A stretch of DNA of 64,000 bases, taken from Eledone cirrhosa (Eukaryota). Made by a program: the position numbers and the translations under genes. The notes beneath the pieces are model-generated. The model was not told the DNA's origin and did no database searches. It saw only the letters and a list, made by a program, of their open reading frames with translations. Positions 1 through 13,244 of the stretch are shown here, piece after piece. Every line of letters starts with the position of its first letter. The stretch's first letter is position 1. The stretch is from positions 50,282,001 through 50,346,000 of the forward strand of contig OZ024749.1 in NCBI GenBank assembly GCA_964016885.1. The letters are read 5' to 3'.

Positions 1-740
1 TTTCGAATTATTTCTTCAAAGAAATCGTCAGTGTTTCATTCAAATAGTCCACACTTCACTGCGATGTTAACTGTTGTTGTTGTTGTTGTTGACTGGATAT
101 TCAAAAACTGAATTTGATCAGTTAAGCATTTCATTGGACCATTGGCGTTGTAATTAGCTGGCAAGCGAGTGTCAGCTTACTGAATATAATTCAATCTCAT
201 TAAAAGTTCTATTAAGATTTTAATTCAAAGTAATCTAAAACCGCTAAAAAATTAATGAAATTTAAATGTTCAGAAAATAAAGTGTTATTTCTCTTTACTT
301 TTAATGTTTTACTTCAGTTCATTTAATTTGCGCTTATTTCTTTCTTCTTTTCTATATATCTTTCTCCCTATCTTCGAGGAATCCAAATATCCAATCAACA
401 AGAAACCGGCTAAATTGGTTATTGATTGGTTTCAGAATTCAGAATTGTCCCAAATCTGCAGATCATGTTGTATAAAAAAAATACAAAAACATTCAAACAA
501 TTTAAATTGTTTAAAGAATTTGGATCTTAATTTATATTATATTTTAATTTTAGGGATTGTAATAACGGCTACGTAGATTTTGAGAATGAATAATGGGGAT
601 ATGAACCATCTACGTTTGTCCTTCTGCCATTTGTAGCATATTTGCAAATTGATTCCGTTTTCAGTCCAGATATTTTTCAATGAGTATTTAATTTGGTGTT
701 TCTTGTATGACATAACGACTTCAGTGTAGTATTTATGATT

Positions 741-811
741 TTCCTCACACCAGATAGCCAACAATAACTTCCTCACACCAGATGGCCAACACTAACTTCT
801 ACCACAACAGA
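741..811. repeat. 28-bp tandem repeat, about 2.5 copies
   Basis: TTCCTCACACCAGATRGCCAACAMTAAC at 741 and 769, with a degenerate third copy. Confidence 0.8.
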
Positions 812-996
812 ACGTATGGAACTGATACACCAACATGTATCTATTCACATTAAGTGAGTCCGAAACTTGAGTACGTGTAGAGGTTGAATGTACCCGTTTA
901 TGTGTGTTGTATTGTTGAAGCCAATAACTATGTGTCTTCTCTGGGATTTTACATAACATTACCTATTGAGTACGCTGAGATACAATTTGAAAATTT

Positions 997-1237
997 GATA
1001 GTGAATCAGGGCTTCCACCGTATTTTTTGACTAAGTAAATTAGCCTAATATTTGGAGTTATAAAAACCTCCAGATTGGTGTATTGGTTAGTACAATGGGT
1101 ATGATAGCCAAAGATGTGTGTTCATGTCCGGTGTAGGTCAATACTCATCCTTCTTCCAATCTGGGTTTTTTTATAACTCCAGGTATTAGGCTAATTTAGT
1201 TAGTCAAAAACTACGGCGGAAGCTCTATTTCACTATC
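997..1237 (+). mobile_element. Fold-back SINE-like element with tRNA-like loop
   Basis: About 80-bp inverted arms (997-1078 / 1156-1237). Loop has A-box-like TGGTGTATTGG and B-box-like GTTCATGTCC. Ends in (TA)n. Homologous to 4907-5074. Confidence 0.65.
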
Positions 1238-1256
1238 TAATATATATATATATACA

Positions 1257-1298
<42 letters not shown>

Positions 1299-1821
1299 TA
1301 GTGAAATAGAGCTTCCGCCATAGTTATATATATATATAGTAGAACTATACAGTAGATTGAACATAAATATATCTATTGCGACGAAGGCAAGGTGAATGGT
1401 CTATTGGAAAATAATTTTGAATAGATTTAGATATTTACTTTTAAGAAATAAAGTCTATATTAATGATACGAAGATGTTATAGTTATAGCAAAAACTTCCA
1501 AAACATTTCATGACTTTAAACTATAAGCGAATGTATTACTAACTAACATAGGTTGTGAAAGCCGATAGCAGTCATCAAGTATTACTCGTTAATATTTGGA
1601 GTTAGTATAAGCTTAAGTCTTTTAACTTAGCTTTCATTAAAATTAATCAATGCATCTTAATGATTATAATTTTCCAGCTGTTTGTTGTACATTATAACAC
1701 CTATGGCTATTATCAAATCCATGGATTAAAATGTCTATTCTAATATTGGATGATTTTGAGATTTCGAATTTTAAAATTTGGCATAAAAATAGGATTAGTT
1801 ATTCTCATAATCACACACATA

Positions 1822-1876
<55 letters not shown>

Positions 1877-2174
1877 AGAGAGAGATAGAGAGAGAGAGAG
1901 ATGAAGAGAACATGACAGAGGGAGATAGCGGGAACGAGAGAGAGCGCGTGTGCAAGAGAGAAGTGTGGAAAACAATATATACACATACGCATAGACAACC
2001 ATTTATATATATATATGTGTGTGTGTGTGTGTGCTGTGTATGTGTGTATGTGTGTGTGTATCTATGTATCTATATACTATAACATATATTACCATAAACA
2101 ATATAGTGATCATCTAATACACATATCCAAAATTTGCACCCATTGTTTTCAAAATATATCATTATATTTTATTA

Positions 2175-2360
2175 ATAATTGTTTCTACTTTTGGCACAAG
2201 GCAAGCAAATACCCAGTGCATTACTGGTACTTTATTTTATCGACCCCGTAAGGATGAAAATCAAAGTTAACTTCGGCGGGATTTGAACTCAGATCATAAA
2301 GGCCCGTATCTCCATGCTGGAAAGCATGGCGTCCGATTCTCTACCGATACCGCCAATCCA
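2175..2360 (-). mobile_element. SINE family A (tRNA head + Nin/Deu-like core)
   Basis: Reverse complement of the family seen at 33895; B box GTTCAAATCC and core TTTCATCCTTACGGGGTCGATAAAAT. Confidence 0.9.
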
Positions 2361-2366
2361 ACACTC

Positions 2367-2556
2367 GGTGGTAGATTGGCGGTATCGGTAGCGAGTCGGA
2401 CGCCAAGCTTTCCAGCATAGAGTTACGTCCCTTTATGGTCTCAGTTCTAATCCCGTTGAGGTTAACTTTTCCTTTCATCCTTACGGGCTCAATAAAACGA
2501 AGTACCTGTAATGTACTCGGTAATTGTTGGCCTTGTGCCAAATGTAGAAACAATTA
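2367..2556 (+). mobile_element. SINE family A, head-to-head with the previous copy
   Basis: TGGCGGTATCGG A box, CCTTTCATCCTTACGGG core, GTAGAAACAATTAT tail. Confidence 0.9.
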
Positions 2557-3915
2557 TATTTTATTAATAATTCTTTTGAAGAGATTCAGGTTTTAAAACG
2601 GTGGAATTTCACTCAACAGAGAATATACAACACAATGGGAAATGATACTTTTTAAATGCAGTTGGTGAAATACTCTAGACATGTCTCCCTGCAGTTAGAC
2701 GTCATAAACTAAATGTATTCTAACTGTTGCATACATATTATTGAATAGCTGAAGAGAATATACAATATCAGTAAAAGAGATGTGAAGGGAGCTCTAACAG
2801 AAGCCTATAATATATAACAACATTTTATTTTCCTCACATTAAATCAACGGGAATAGATCGTAAATTCTGGATCAGTTTCCATAGAAGTTCTACGAGTGAG
2901 TCCAGCTTCTCAAGATCGACATCTCTACCTGATATAAATATAAGAATTGATTCAATCTATAGATCAGCTATGCATGTCTAGCGTACGCGGGGAAAATAAT
3001 TTCTCTAATTCTTCTGACATTATTCATGAACGCAACAAATATTACGACTTATTAAACAGGAATTTAAAAACACATATAAAGAAAGACCTTATAACAAAGG
3101 AATGTTTGTAAAATATACGAGTTGACAAAAGAAATAATTTAGCTGTGAAGGTATTGAGTCGTTTACCCAAAGCCTCTTCCAAAGCAACGTTTCAATACAT
3201 GTAAAATTAAATGATTCACTATTTAAATGCATACATTTATGCCAATAAATAAAGAGAAACCTAAAACACATGGTAGGCTTTGTTTGTACAATGAGCTTTT
3301 TAATATATTTTTGTGATCAAGATACGAAACCAATGTTACACTGGGTTTGGAAACTGTATGTTTTGAAACGTTTAATGATGCTAGCGTGACAAATATAAAC
3401 AATTTGAAAGTAAACGTTAGAAGAATTAACTCTATATTTAAGTATTTCCTTTGTATAATATATAGCGACAACATCAAACACACCTGAACATTATAAAAAA
3501 ATATTGTTTATAGAATATTTAAAGTAATATAGGGATTTACAGATATTTCTAATGAAAAAATTGATATCCAATGTATCAACACGGAGATATATAACACTGT
3601 TCCAGTGTTTACGAAATCCTAAATCGTAACGCACACACACGCCATCAATCAGGATAAAAACGCTTTAAACTACATCAATCAAATTTAAGGTTGAATAGAT
3701 ACTAAAAGGCACACTATAAACTAAGGACGTAGGAACAGATGTATTATTTTAATCACCGGCTTACGCTTCGCACGAAATAGCAACACCAGAAGCATTTTTC
3801 CATTAAAAAAAATACAAGTTACTAAAGAAGTATACAGTATTCTAGTTCGAATCCAGGTTTGCCCTTCATGGCTAGTAGATGCTGACTATATATATCTATC
3901 ATATATATATATTTA

Positions 3916-4147
<232 letters not shown>

Positions 4148-4164
4148 TAGAAGATATCTATATA

Positions 4165-4395
4165 TCTTCTTAATCTTGCTCAATGAGGGTGGGGTCATCC
4201 TAAGCCAACGATTCCAAATCATCACGGTTTAGAGCCGACCCGGTCCACCATTGCCCTCTATCTTTGGCAGGCATGAGCCAACTCCTCTGCATCCCCCAAG
4301 TTCATGTTGAACCTACGGAGATCTTCCCTGGTGACATCCAGCGATCTGGTGCTGCGTTGCATCTATCGCATCACTGTCTTTGTGTCCTTCACATG
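4165..4395 (-). mobile_element. Decayed RTE LINE 3' end
   Basis: Minus-strand peptides DVTREDLRRF, GDAEELA and KDRGQWWT resemble the RTE ORF C-terminus. Confidence 0.55.
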
Positions 4396-4734
4396 TTATT
4401 CCATTCCTCACCCAATCAATAATATAATTGTATTGTTTTGCTTACATGTACCTTGATACTTCGTTCGAAAATCACGTATATACATTCCACTCTTTCCCTA
4501 TACCCTCATTCCCCAATCATCAAAAAGCTTCGGGTATGCCCATTTCATTTCAGTTCTACCCTATACTGTCGAAAGCAATTTACTCTACGGAGAAATCTTT
4601 AGGAGACATGTATGCTTGTTTTGTTCAATCAGGATACACGTAGAAACATATGTTATTTTCATCTGAAAACATGTATTTCAACGTCCCCCCAACAACCCCA
4701 CCAGACCCTTCAATCTATTTTATCTCTCATTATT

Positions 4735-4770
4735 TCTTCTGATGAAATACTAGCGTGCGAAACGTTAAGA
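4735..4770 (+). ncRNA. Minimal type I hammerhead (family H4, weakened stem II)
   Basis: TCTT-CTGATGA-AATACTAGCGTGC-GAAA-CGTT-AAGA; the downstream ~90 bp is homologous to 58845-58930. Confidence 0.6.
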
Positions 4771-4906
4771 CACTAGTCCTGCCCTTTCAAGCGTTAACCT
4801 AATATATTCCTTCCATATACTGTACTGATTGTGTTGTTATTTCTGTTTACCTTTTACTTACATACATATGTATATATTCCTGTATATGTTCATCTGTGTA
4901 TATATA

Positions 4907-5074
4907 TAGAATAGCTTTCACCGTATTTTTGACTAAAGAAATTTTAAAGATGAGTATTGACGTACATGTACGTCAATACTCATCTTTTTCCATTCATCTG
5001 AGAGTTCTAAACCCCATTATCAGGCTAAAATGTCTTTTGTCAAAAATACGCTCAAAGCTTTTCTATTTCCTATC
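4907..5074. mobile_element. Fold-back element related to 997-1237, with a 42-bp perfect palindrome
   Basis: AAAGATGAGTATTGACGTACA|TGTACGTCAATACTCATCTTT (4946-4987); outer arms CGTATTTTTGAC / GTCAAAAATACG. Confidence 0.75.
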
Positions 5075-5120
5075 TTCTAATTTCAAAGCTGCTCACTGTT
5101 TTAAAACATTCTTACTCGTC

Positions 5121-5152
<32 letters not shown>

Positions 5153-5165
5153 ATATTTATATATA

Positions 5166-5362
5166 TAACGAAGGAATTTTGGTAAGGAACCAGATGGACC
5201 ATAACACACCAGAGTACTCAATACTTAGTGTAGTAGAATGGGAAATAAGAAAAAGTATGACCACGAGGGCAGAGCTCAAGCCGTTTCGACGGCTATTTCT
5301 GAACTGAAATAGCCGTTGAGACGGCTTGAGCTCTGCCGTCGGGGTCATACTTTTTCCTATTT
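5166..5362. mobile_element. Fold-back element family F
   Basis: AACGAAGGAA..GTAAGGAACCAGATGGACCATAAC terminus next to (TA)n; 57-bp arms 5243-5299 / 5306-5362. Confidence 0.8.
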
Positions 5363-5618
5363 TAGATGTTCTTTAAGCATTTGTTTTGTGACTTTTCACT
5401 AAATTCCTTACATATATATGTGTTTCGTTTTGAACAGTAAACATTGTAATTATATCACTGACTTGTCTCCACATACAGAGAAATATGTATCGATCTCTCG
5501 AGAATCGCAATGTGCTAAATCTTCATCAGATATCACTTAGCAATTGACTATCCACAGACAGAAATACAAAACATCTGATTTTATCTAACTGTGGTGTGTG
5601 TAAATTCCGTTAGAAGTA

Positions 5619-6085
<467 letters not shown>

Positions 6086-6304
6086 AGAGAGAGTGAGAGA
6101 GAGAATGTGTGTGGGAGTTAGAGAGTACCATATATTAACATATATGGATATATATAGATATATATAGAGAGAGCGATAGATATATAGATATATATGTCTT
6201 CATACCTTCGTACAAACAAGTGCACATAAACACTTTTAATACATAGGACATGCTTGATATAATGTGCCAGTAATACACGTTGACTAGCCTGGACTTGGTT
6301 GTGT

Positions 6305-6370
6305 ATAGTGTTCTTGAGCAAAACACTTCATCTCACGTTGCACCATTATACTCAGCTGAAACTAAGTACC
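6305..6370 (+). mobile_element. SINE family B fragment
   Basis: GTGTTCTTGAGCAAAACACTT..CACGTTGC shared with 10650, 18540 and 38830. Confidence 0.65.
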
Positions 6371-7029
6371 AAAAATACCTCTGGGAGTCGTGTGCTCTCA
6401 ATCAATTCACGTGACAAAGATGGGAGCAGCACTGGCCTGACGAGTGTCCACGATTGAGACAGAATTTAGATTGTATAAAGAGAGACTATAATGAACCTGT
6501 ACTACGACGGATATAGTGTGATGTCTGCTTCTGCAAATGTTGTTTCAATGTTTGAAGATGTATGTGGTTGATTGAAATAATTTCCTTTATAATATACTTT
6601 AATACCCTTTGTGTAAATTAGCCCTGAATACGGAGAATGTAATAGAAGTATGCGTATAGTAGGTGATTAATCAACGATCTGCAGGCACAGTTAATTAGAA
6701 AACGCAATAATTAAAGCATCTGAGGCAAAGTCATAATCTATATAAAATATTAGTTCTAATATAAATGTTATTGCTGTTCAAATAACAGAGATACGAAATA
6801 GCGAGTGTGTTAAGTTGGTGGGTATTCAGAAGTGAAAATAATTCAATATCAAAAGCTAGGCTCCGAATTAAACGCCATGACAATGACTATCACGTGACAG
6901 ATATTTAGAAATATATTAATATAAGCATATGAGTGTATGTATGTATATATGTATGTTTATGTATGCGTTTATTTATGTACGTGTGTCTATACGCACGGTT
7001 AATCGCCCAGACGGACACAGCACAGGCAT

Positions 7030-7031
7030 GT

Positions 7032-7063
<32 letters not shown>

Positions 7064-7521
7064 ATATATATATATATATATACACGTATATATCTATATA
7101 TATATATACATGTATATATCTATATATATATATACATGTATATATCTATATATATATATACATATATATATATATACATCTATACATATATATATACATA
7201 TATATACATATATATACATACATATATACATATATATATACATATATATATACATACATACATATATATATACATATATATATACATATATATACATATA
7301 TATATACATACATATATATACATATATATATATACATATATACATATATATATATACATATATATATATACATACATATATATATATACATATATATATA
7401 TACATACATATATATACATATATATATATACATATATATATATACATATATATATATACATACATATATATATATACATATATATATATACATATATATA
7501 CATATATATATATACATATAT

Positions 7522-7552
<31 letters not shown>

Positions 7553-7597
7553 TATTTACATACATATATATATATACATAAATATATATACATATAT

Positions 7598-7628
<31 letters not shown>

Positions 7629-7852
7629 TTTACATACATATATATATATACATAAATATATATATATACATAAATATATATATTTACCTACATACATATA
7701 TATTCATAAATATATATATTTACATACATATATATATATACATAAATATATATATTTACATACATATATATATATACATAAATATATATATCTACATACA
7801 TATATATACATAAATATATATATTTACATACACACATATATATATATATATA
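7030..7852. repeat. Compound (TA)n/CA microsatellite, about 0.8 kb
   Basis: Direct reading. Confidence 0.95.
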
Positions 7853-8299
7853 CACAGTTCAAGAGTAACCAATCTTAAAGAGAGAGATGGAGATATTAGA
7901 GTAGATAGGAGAGGAGAGATTGGTGAATTAGTTAGAAGCCAAAGCGTCAAGGCATGTGCTGAATGTGCAATGTGCAGTGGAAGGCAGCTAGGTGGCTGGG
8001 TTCATGCAGAAGTTAGGTGCACAGAGCTGGAAATATTCATTAGTTAAGCAAAACAAGACCACAGATTTCACAAGGAAGACATTATTAAAAGATTGTCAAC
8101 ATATTTTAGTTTGATGTAAGGAATGTAGAGAATAATAATAATAATGTCCGTTTACAATTGTTTCGCTACTCCATATAATATTTCTGGATCAAATGATTAT
8201 ATATCATTATTGATCTGGTTCAGTTGAAAATAATTGCACATAGGTAGTACTAGACCAGCTCATCGGAGCTTCAAAAGGAATATAAATTAAAATAAAGAA

Positions 8300-8510
8300 A
8301 GAATGTTACATAAATGTAATGTTCCATATGTTGGTTTTTCACTATGGTGTCCTGGGTATATCAATTGTCTGCTATAGTGGAGCAGTATTCTTCTGTCGAG
8401 GTTGCATTGTGTGAGATATGCCTATGGGTAACAAGACGGCCGCCAATGGACATATTTACCTTACTAATTAGAGGGTGGTTTCAGGGGAAGTAACTCCTCG
8501 AGAGATTAGA
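8300..8510 (-). pseudogene. Possible decayed Penelope RT-thumb coding remnant
   Basis: Minus frame YFP*NHPLISKVNMSIGGRLVTHRHISHNATSTEEYCSTIADN*YTQ loosely resembles the PLE SxHPxxxK...NGYP motif. Confidence 0.3.
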
Positions 8511-8765
8511 AATTGTGGGTAGTTTATAGTTAAGTGCTATTTTTTTTTTTTTTTATTGAGAGACAATGTAAGGGAGGTAACTTATAATTATCTAAGTTAG
8601 TTATAGCTATTTAAATAATTAGCTACAAGTAAAAGTGGGGCTAGATGACTATGTTGGGTCAAATATTCTGTTGACGAAGGAATTAGCCCTTCGATATTGA
8701 CAGCTAATACTTACCTCCGTTCTATCGTTAATCGGTAGAGGTCGTGATAGAGTTATGTAGTTATA

Positions 8766-8845
8766 AAGTTAACCTCGGCAGGATTTGTACTCAGACCGTG
8801 AAGAGCTGTACCTCTATGCTGCAAAGCATGGTCTCTGACCCTCTC
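8766..8845 (-). mobile_element. SINE family A, partial
   Basis: AAAGTTAACCTCGGCAGGATTTGTACTCAGACCG. Confidence 0.75.
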
Positions 8846-8944
8846 TGCATGATCTGGGCACAAGGTTAACACATTTGGGTTGAGGGATGACATTGATTTA
8901 CTCGAGCGTAATAGGTTTCTGGGCTGCGTAAGGTCCCTGATTCA

Positions 8945-9255
8945 GACTATTAAAATATAGATATATTATTTATATCACTACATAACGATTTCTTATTCAT
9001 TTGTAATAAACTTTGTTACTCTAACAACCGAATTGTTTGTATATATACTATAGTTTGCTGTTCATCAAATAGAGATCGACAAAAGAGGTTTCTGGTACTT
9101 TTATCGACGACCTTGAAATCGACTATTAAAATATAGATATATTAATTCTACATAAGGAGAGCTTCTTCATTTGTATTAAACTTTGTCGTTTTAACAACTG
9201 AATTATTTGTATGTATACTATAGCTTTACTGTTCATCAAATAGAGAGGGACAAAA
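8945..9255. repeat. Diverged tandem duplication, about 135 bp x2
   Basis: GACTATTAAAATATAGATATATTA...CTGTTCATCAAATAGAGA at 8945 and 9121. Confidence 0.85.
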
Positions 9256-10313
9256 TAAATAGATGATTTTAAAATAAAAAGATGATTTTAAAGTAATATG
9301 GTCAATGTGAGCGACGTAGATTTAGTTACTAAACCCTTGAAAACTCTACCACTGCATGGCCGCAGTCCAATGAATTAAACAAGTAATATAGTAATGTCTT
9401 TTGGAAAGAAATATACCAAGATATAAAACACAGATACGAGATAAATCCAATACTTTTAAAATAAATAAACAACAATGAAAATATTTTCGGGAATACGACA
9501 GTGAAAAACAGCTGCCAAAAGCCTAAAAAAGACACGATAACAATACACAAATATAGAAAGATATGAAGAAAAATATCAGATTTTTTTCAGAAGTTTCTTT
9601 GATGAATTTCGTTTTTGTTTAACTGACATGTCTAATTTTTAAAGCGATAATATATATATATATATATATAAAATTGTTTCAAAAGGACAGGATAACAAAA
9701 TAATCTTTTTAAATATTGCTATTGCTTCTCCATAAATCATTTAACAAAGAAAATCTTCCACTACTATTACTACAACTACTACTATTACTACTACATCTTG
9801 TACTACTACTAACACTACTACTAATAATAAAGATAATACTGATATTGTTATTATTATCATACTATTATTATTTTGCAATCACATACAAAAATAACGAATA
9901 AAGTTTTCTAAACCTTAAACAATGCCACACGTATACGCATATATATTCATACACTTCACATATACAGATGCACACATACGCACGCCTACGTATACAAACT
10001 TATCTACAAGGAGAGAGGGATGTTTATTTGAAAAGTGGAAACTAATTTGAAAAATCCTTAAATATGCGGCATACGGAAACTTTATTCAATTCCATATAAA
10101 ATTGTAAACACCCTCAATAGTCTCGGCCAAAATAGTGTTTCAAGTTAGTGACACACGTTCTGTATAATTTCTTGCATGTTTTCCCCCAGGAGAAAATCTC
10201 ACACACTAACTATTAGCTATAGAATTAAATTATGCTGTCAGACATCCCATAGTTGATCAATCTGCTGGATTCATGACCATCAAGCTCATTTATCCAAATT
10301 TATATTAATTAAA

Positions 10314-10550
10314 AACAATGCTGCACGTCGGGCTAAGGAGGCCAAACTCTCCAAATATCGGTCGCTCTGCGACAGGTTTGCGGCCGTACCCTTGGCAGTG
10401 GAGACTCCTGGTGTCTTCGGCCCTTGGGCTACCTCCCTTTTCACCACCATAGGCGCTGTGCTGTCCAGCCGCATGTGGGAGCCTCGCGAGTTGGTATGGT
10501 TCTTCCAGTGCATCACCCTTACCATCCTCCGAGGAAACGACCATAGCTAA
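10314..10550 (+). mobile_element. CRE-clade non-LTR retrotransposon 3' fragment (restriction-like endonuclease C-terminus)
   Basis: Open frame AARRAKEAKLSKYRSLCDRFAAVPLAVETPGVFGPWATSLFTTIGAVL...REL.WFFQCITLTILRGNDHS* matches the KxxKY / P.A.ET.G / RGN pattern of CRE elements. Confidence 0.8.
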
Positions 10551-10614
10551 CATATGAGATATATGTTAGCTGATGACATTCAGTTCATAAATAAGCTAGC
10601 TGAAGAAATCATCT

Positions 10615-10720
10615 TACGATCGTAAATTTGTAAGTTCGATTCCGGGTGGCGCGTTGTGTCTTTGAACAACACACTTTATTTCACGTTGCTCCAGTCCACT
10701 CCGCTGGCAAAGATGAGTAT
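10615..10720 (+). mobile_element. SINE family B
   Basis: B box GTTCGATTCC followed by GCGTTGTGTCTTTGAACAACACACTTTATTTCACGTTGCTCC. Confidence 0.75.
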
Positions 10721-10721
10721 G

Positions 10722-10893
10722 AATGTAGGCAGAAAGCCGCTATAGTAGGTTGAGGAATTCCTGTATCTGGGAGCAAAGATTGGCTAGACAGAGTATGATG
10801 TGGTTGAGAGGGAGAGCAAAGTCTGGGCGGCGTGCCACAGTTTGAAATCGGTTTCAAAGTCGAAACTTCGTAAAGAAATGAAGATCCATCGAA
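10722..10893 (+). mobile_element. RTE LINE RT fragment
   Basis: VEEFLYLG and SKVWAACHSL; homologous to 13545-13800. Confidence 0.75.
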
Positions 10894-10905
10894 GATAAGT
10901 TGTAC

Positions 10906-11084
10906 CTGTAATTCAAATGGTCAGCATTATCACATTCTGTAGCAACCTGAATCTCCATAAGAACTACATTAAGGAAATGCGTGTCTGTGGAATGCTCTGC
11001 CACTTGCATGTTAATCTCATAAGCAGGCTGTACCGTTGAATGGATCAACTGGAACACTCGTTTGTCGTAACTAACTTCCTTCAC
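10906..11084 (-). CDS. Candidate internal coding exon of an unidentified host gene
   Basis: Strong acceptor TTTTATTTTTCTGTTTTAG|GTG, donor CAG|GTACAA, open 59 codons VKEVSYDKRVFQLIHSTVQPAYEINMQVAEHSTDTHFLNVVLMEIQVATECDNADHLNY. Confidence 0.6.
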
Positions 11085-11219
11085 CTAAAACAGAAAAATA
11101 AAATAGGAAAAGATGTGATAACTCTCCAATTACTGTTATGTATAACATTGTCTCGGTGAGGTCCCTTGTAGAGGGAGGTTGAACCGCTCCTCCCGATATA
11201 TATGTATATATATAGTAAA

Positions 11220-11342
11220 ATGTTCAAGAGCCCAGCTATTTTTGGACTGCCGTGGGGGTCTTGAACATGTTCCTATTACCCAAAGTATTGAGTACTCTGG
11301 TGCGTTATGGTCCACCTGGTTCCTTACCACATTTCCTTCGTT
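11220..11342. mobile_element. Fold-back element family F
   Basis: Reverse complement of the 5166 terminus; short arms ATGTTCAAGAGCCC / GGGGTCTTGAACAT. Confidence 0.75.
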
Positions 11343-11366
11343 ATATATATATATATAAAGAACACG

Positions 11367-11410
<44 letters not shown>

Positions 11411-11493
11411 ACAAGGTCTGCTTTTTGTATTATCCTGTTCCTTATATAACATGATATGTATTATAGAACGCTTTCTAACGTCCACACGCTTTT

Positions 11494-11535
<42 letters not shown>

Positions 11536-11548
11536 TATATATATACGT

Positions 11549-12400
11549 ACTAAGGCGAATGGATGAAGGACCCGGTCGAGGAATCCCATGGAGAGGGCAG
11601 TCGAGGCTGAGGGACATGGCATTCGCAGACGACATCGCTTTGATCGCTGAAAACAGTGCAGACATGCAGGCCCTAACAACATCCCTACAAGAGAGTGCGG
11701 AAACAATCGGCCTGAGAAACAACACCAAAAATACCAAGGTCATGAGAACGGCCAGCAACACATGTGCTGTGATCAGAGTCAACCACCAGGACCTCGAGGA
11801 AGTTGATCATTTCACCTATCTGGACAGCATCCTGACAAGCAGCGGCGACGCGGAGCTCGACATCAACTGTCGGATTGGCAAAGAAGCCGCAGTTTTCCAG
11901 CGGCTGTGCGAAATCTGGTAGTCTTCATGCATTAGCACCAAGACCAAGCTCAGCCTGTACAAGAGCATCGAGCTGCCGACAGTGCTTTATGCGAGCGAGA
12001 CCTGGAAGAGCACGGCAAAAATAGAGAGGCGGCTGAACGCTTCCATATCTGCGGTGCCTGCAAAAGATCCTTCGTGTGTCCTGGCGCCCAAGTTCGAGAC
12101 AAGGATATCCTGCGGAGAGCCGAGTCCTGGACGCTACAGAGAGTGGTCATGGAGCGTCGGTGCCGTCTGGCTGGCCATATTCTGCCAAATGAACGGCATT
12201 CGAAAACAGCGGTGAACTGGATTCCGCCTGGCAGTAAACGGAGGCGGGGTTGCCCAAGGATCACCTGGCGACGAACGTTCCAGAAGGACATGATGGCAGC
12301 CAATATCCCGTGGCACGGTCTCGAAATAGTTGCCGTTGATCGTGACCGTTGGCGATTACTTACTGCTCGATGAGCGAACGGCGCGGAAGAATCTAAGATG
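11549..12400 (+). mobile_element. 5'-truncated RTE LINE (RT C-terminal half, disrupted)
   Basis: FADDIAL, KTKVM-like, FTYLDS, LYASETW, LAGHIL, RRRGCPRITW and DRDRWR motifs; one stop plus frameshifts. Confidence 0.95.
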
Positions 12401-12504
12401 AGCTATACTGTATATATATATTAGAAAATGTAGGTTTTTTTACAAAATGAAATAAAACGAGATGTCCTACACGAGTGAAAGTATAAGTTGAAAAGATGAA
12501 ATCT

Positions 12505-12584
<80 letters not shown>

Positions 12585-12658
12585 CTTCTTATTTATGTGT
12601 TTGTGTGTGTGAGAGCGAGCGTGTATTTGTGTCCCTGGGTGTTACTCTCTCTTTCTCC

Positions 12659-12691
<33 letters not shown>

Positions 12692-12705
12692 CATATATAT
12701 ATGTG

Positions 12706-12748
<43 letters not shown>

Positions 12749-13191
12749 TGTGAGAGAGAGAGTGAGTGATTGCGAGAGAGAAATCCTTATATAATGTTGC
12801 TGTATAATGGAAATAATAACTTGGTAATTAGACGAATGGATCAATTTAGGTGGCATGCTAATCTATTGCATTCGTGATTAGATACACACTGGACGTTCCA
12901 AATTAATCGATGTATATTTTGATACTTTTATAAATAAACAAATGGGAAAATTAATAGGATACAGATAAAAATAACGAAATCCTATGAATTAGATTGTCAT
13001 ACAGGTGTATGTAGCAATAGTTATGTCGATATATATAGGAATAAACACATACATATATACATACATACATGTATACTTATATACATTCATAGAATCATAC
13101 ACACAATCCTATATATATAGGGATGAATAAGCAATCAGCTATTCCGATCATTATACAATTGTAGAAGACACAACAGCACTAGAGCTATTAA

Positions 13192-13244
13192 ATTTTATTA
13201 TACATATTTCAGAGGTACAACAGTACATCCTCATCAGAGAAAAT
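13192..13244 (-). ncRNA. Type I hammerhead (family H1)
   Basis: ATTTTCT-CTGATGA-GGATGTACTGTTGTACCTCT-GAAA-TATGTA-TA-ATAAAAT. Confidence 0.65.

Noticed and set aside
1-35. Minus-strand CTGACGA...GAAA hammerhead-like motif
   Set aside because: Stem II is out of register and stems I/III run off the window edge
741-811. Possible CRISPR-like repeats
   Set aside because: Contiguous tandem copies without spacers, eukaryotic context, no cas genes
1076-1140. Functional tRNA gene
   Set aside because: Only A/B-box-like remnants with no convincing cloverleaf; treated as a SINE head
3089-3483. Two hydrophobic minus-strand ORFs after an acceptor-like site
   Set aside because: No recognisable motif; hydrophobicity is expected from T-rich sequence
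5480-5535. Minus-strand CTGATGA...GAGA motif
   Set aside because: GAAA is mutated and the stem I/cleavage triplet does not align
6436-6470. CTGACGAGTGTC..GAGACAGAA motif after a SINE
   Set aside because: No GAAA/UH core and no stems I or III
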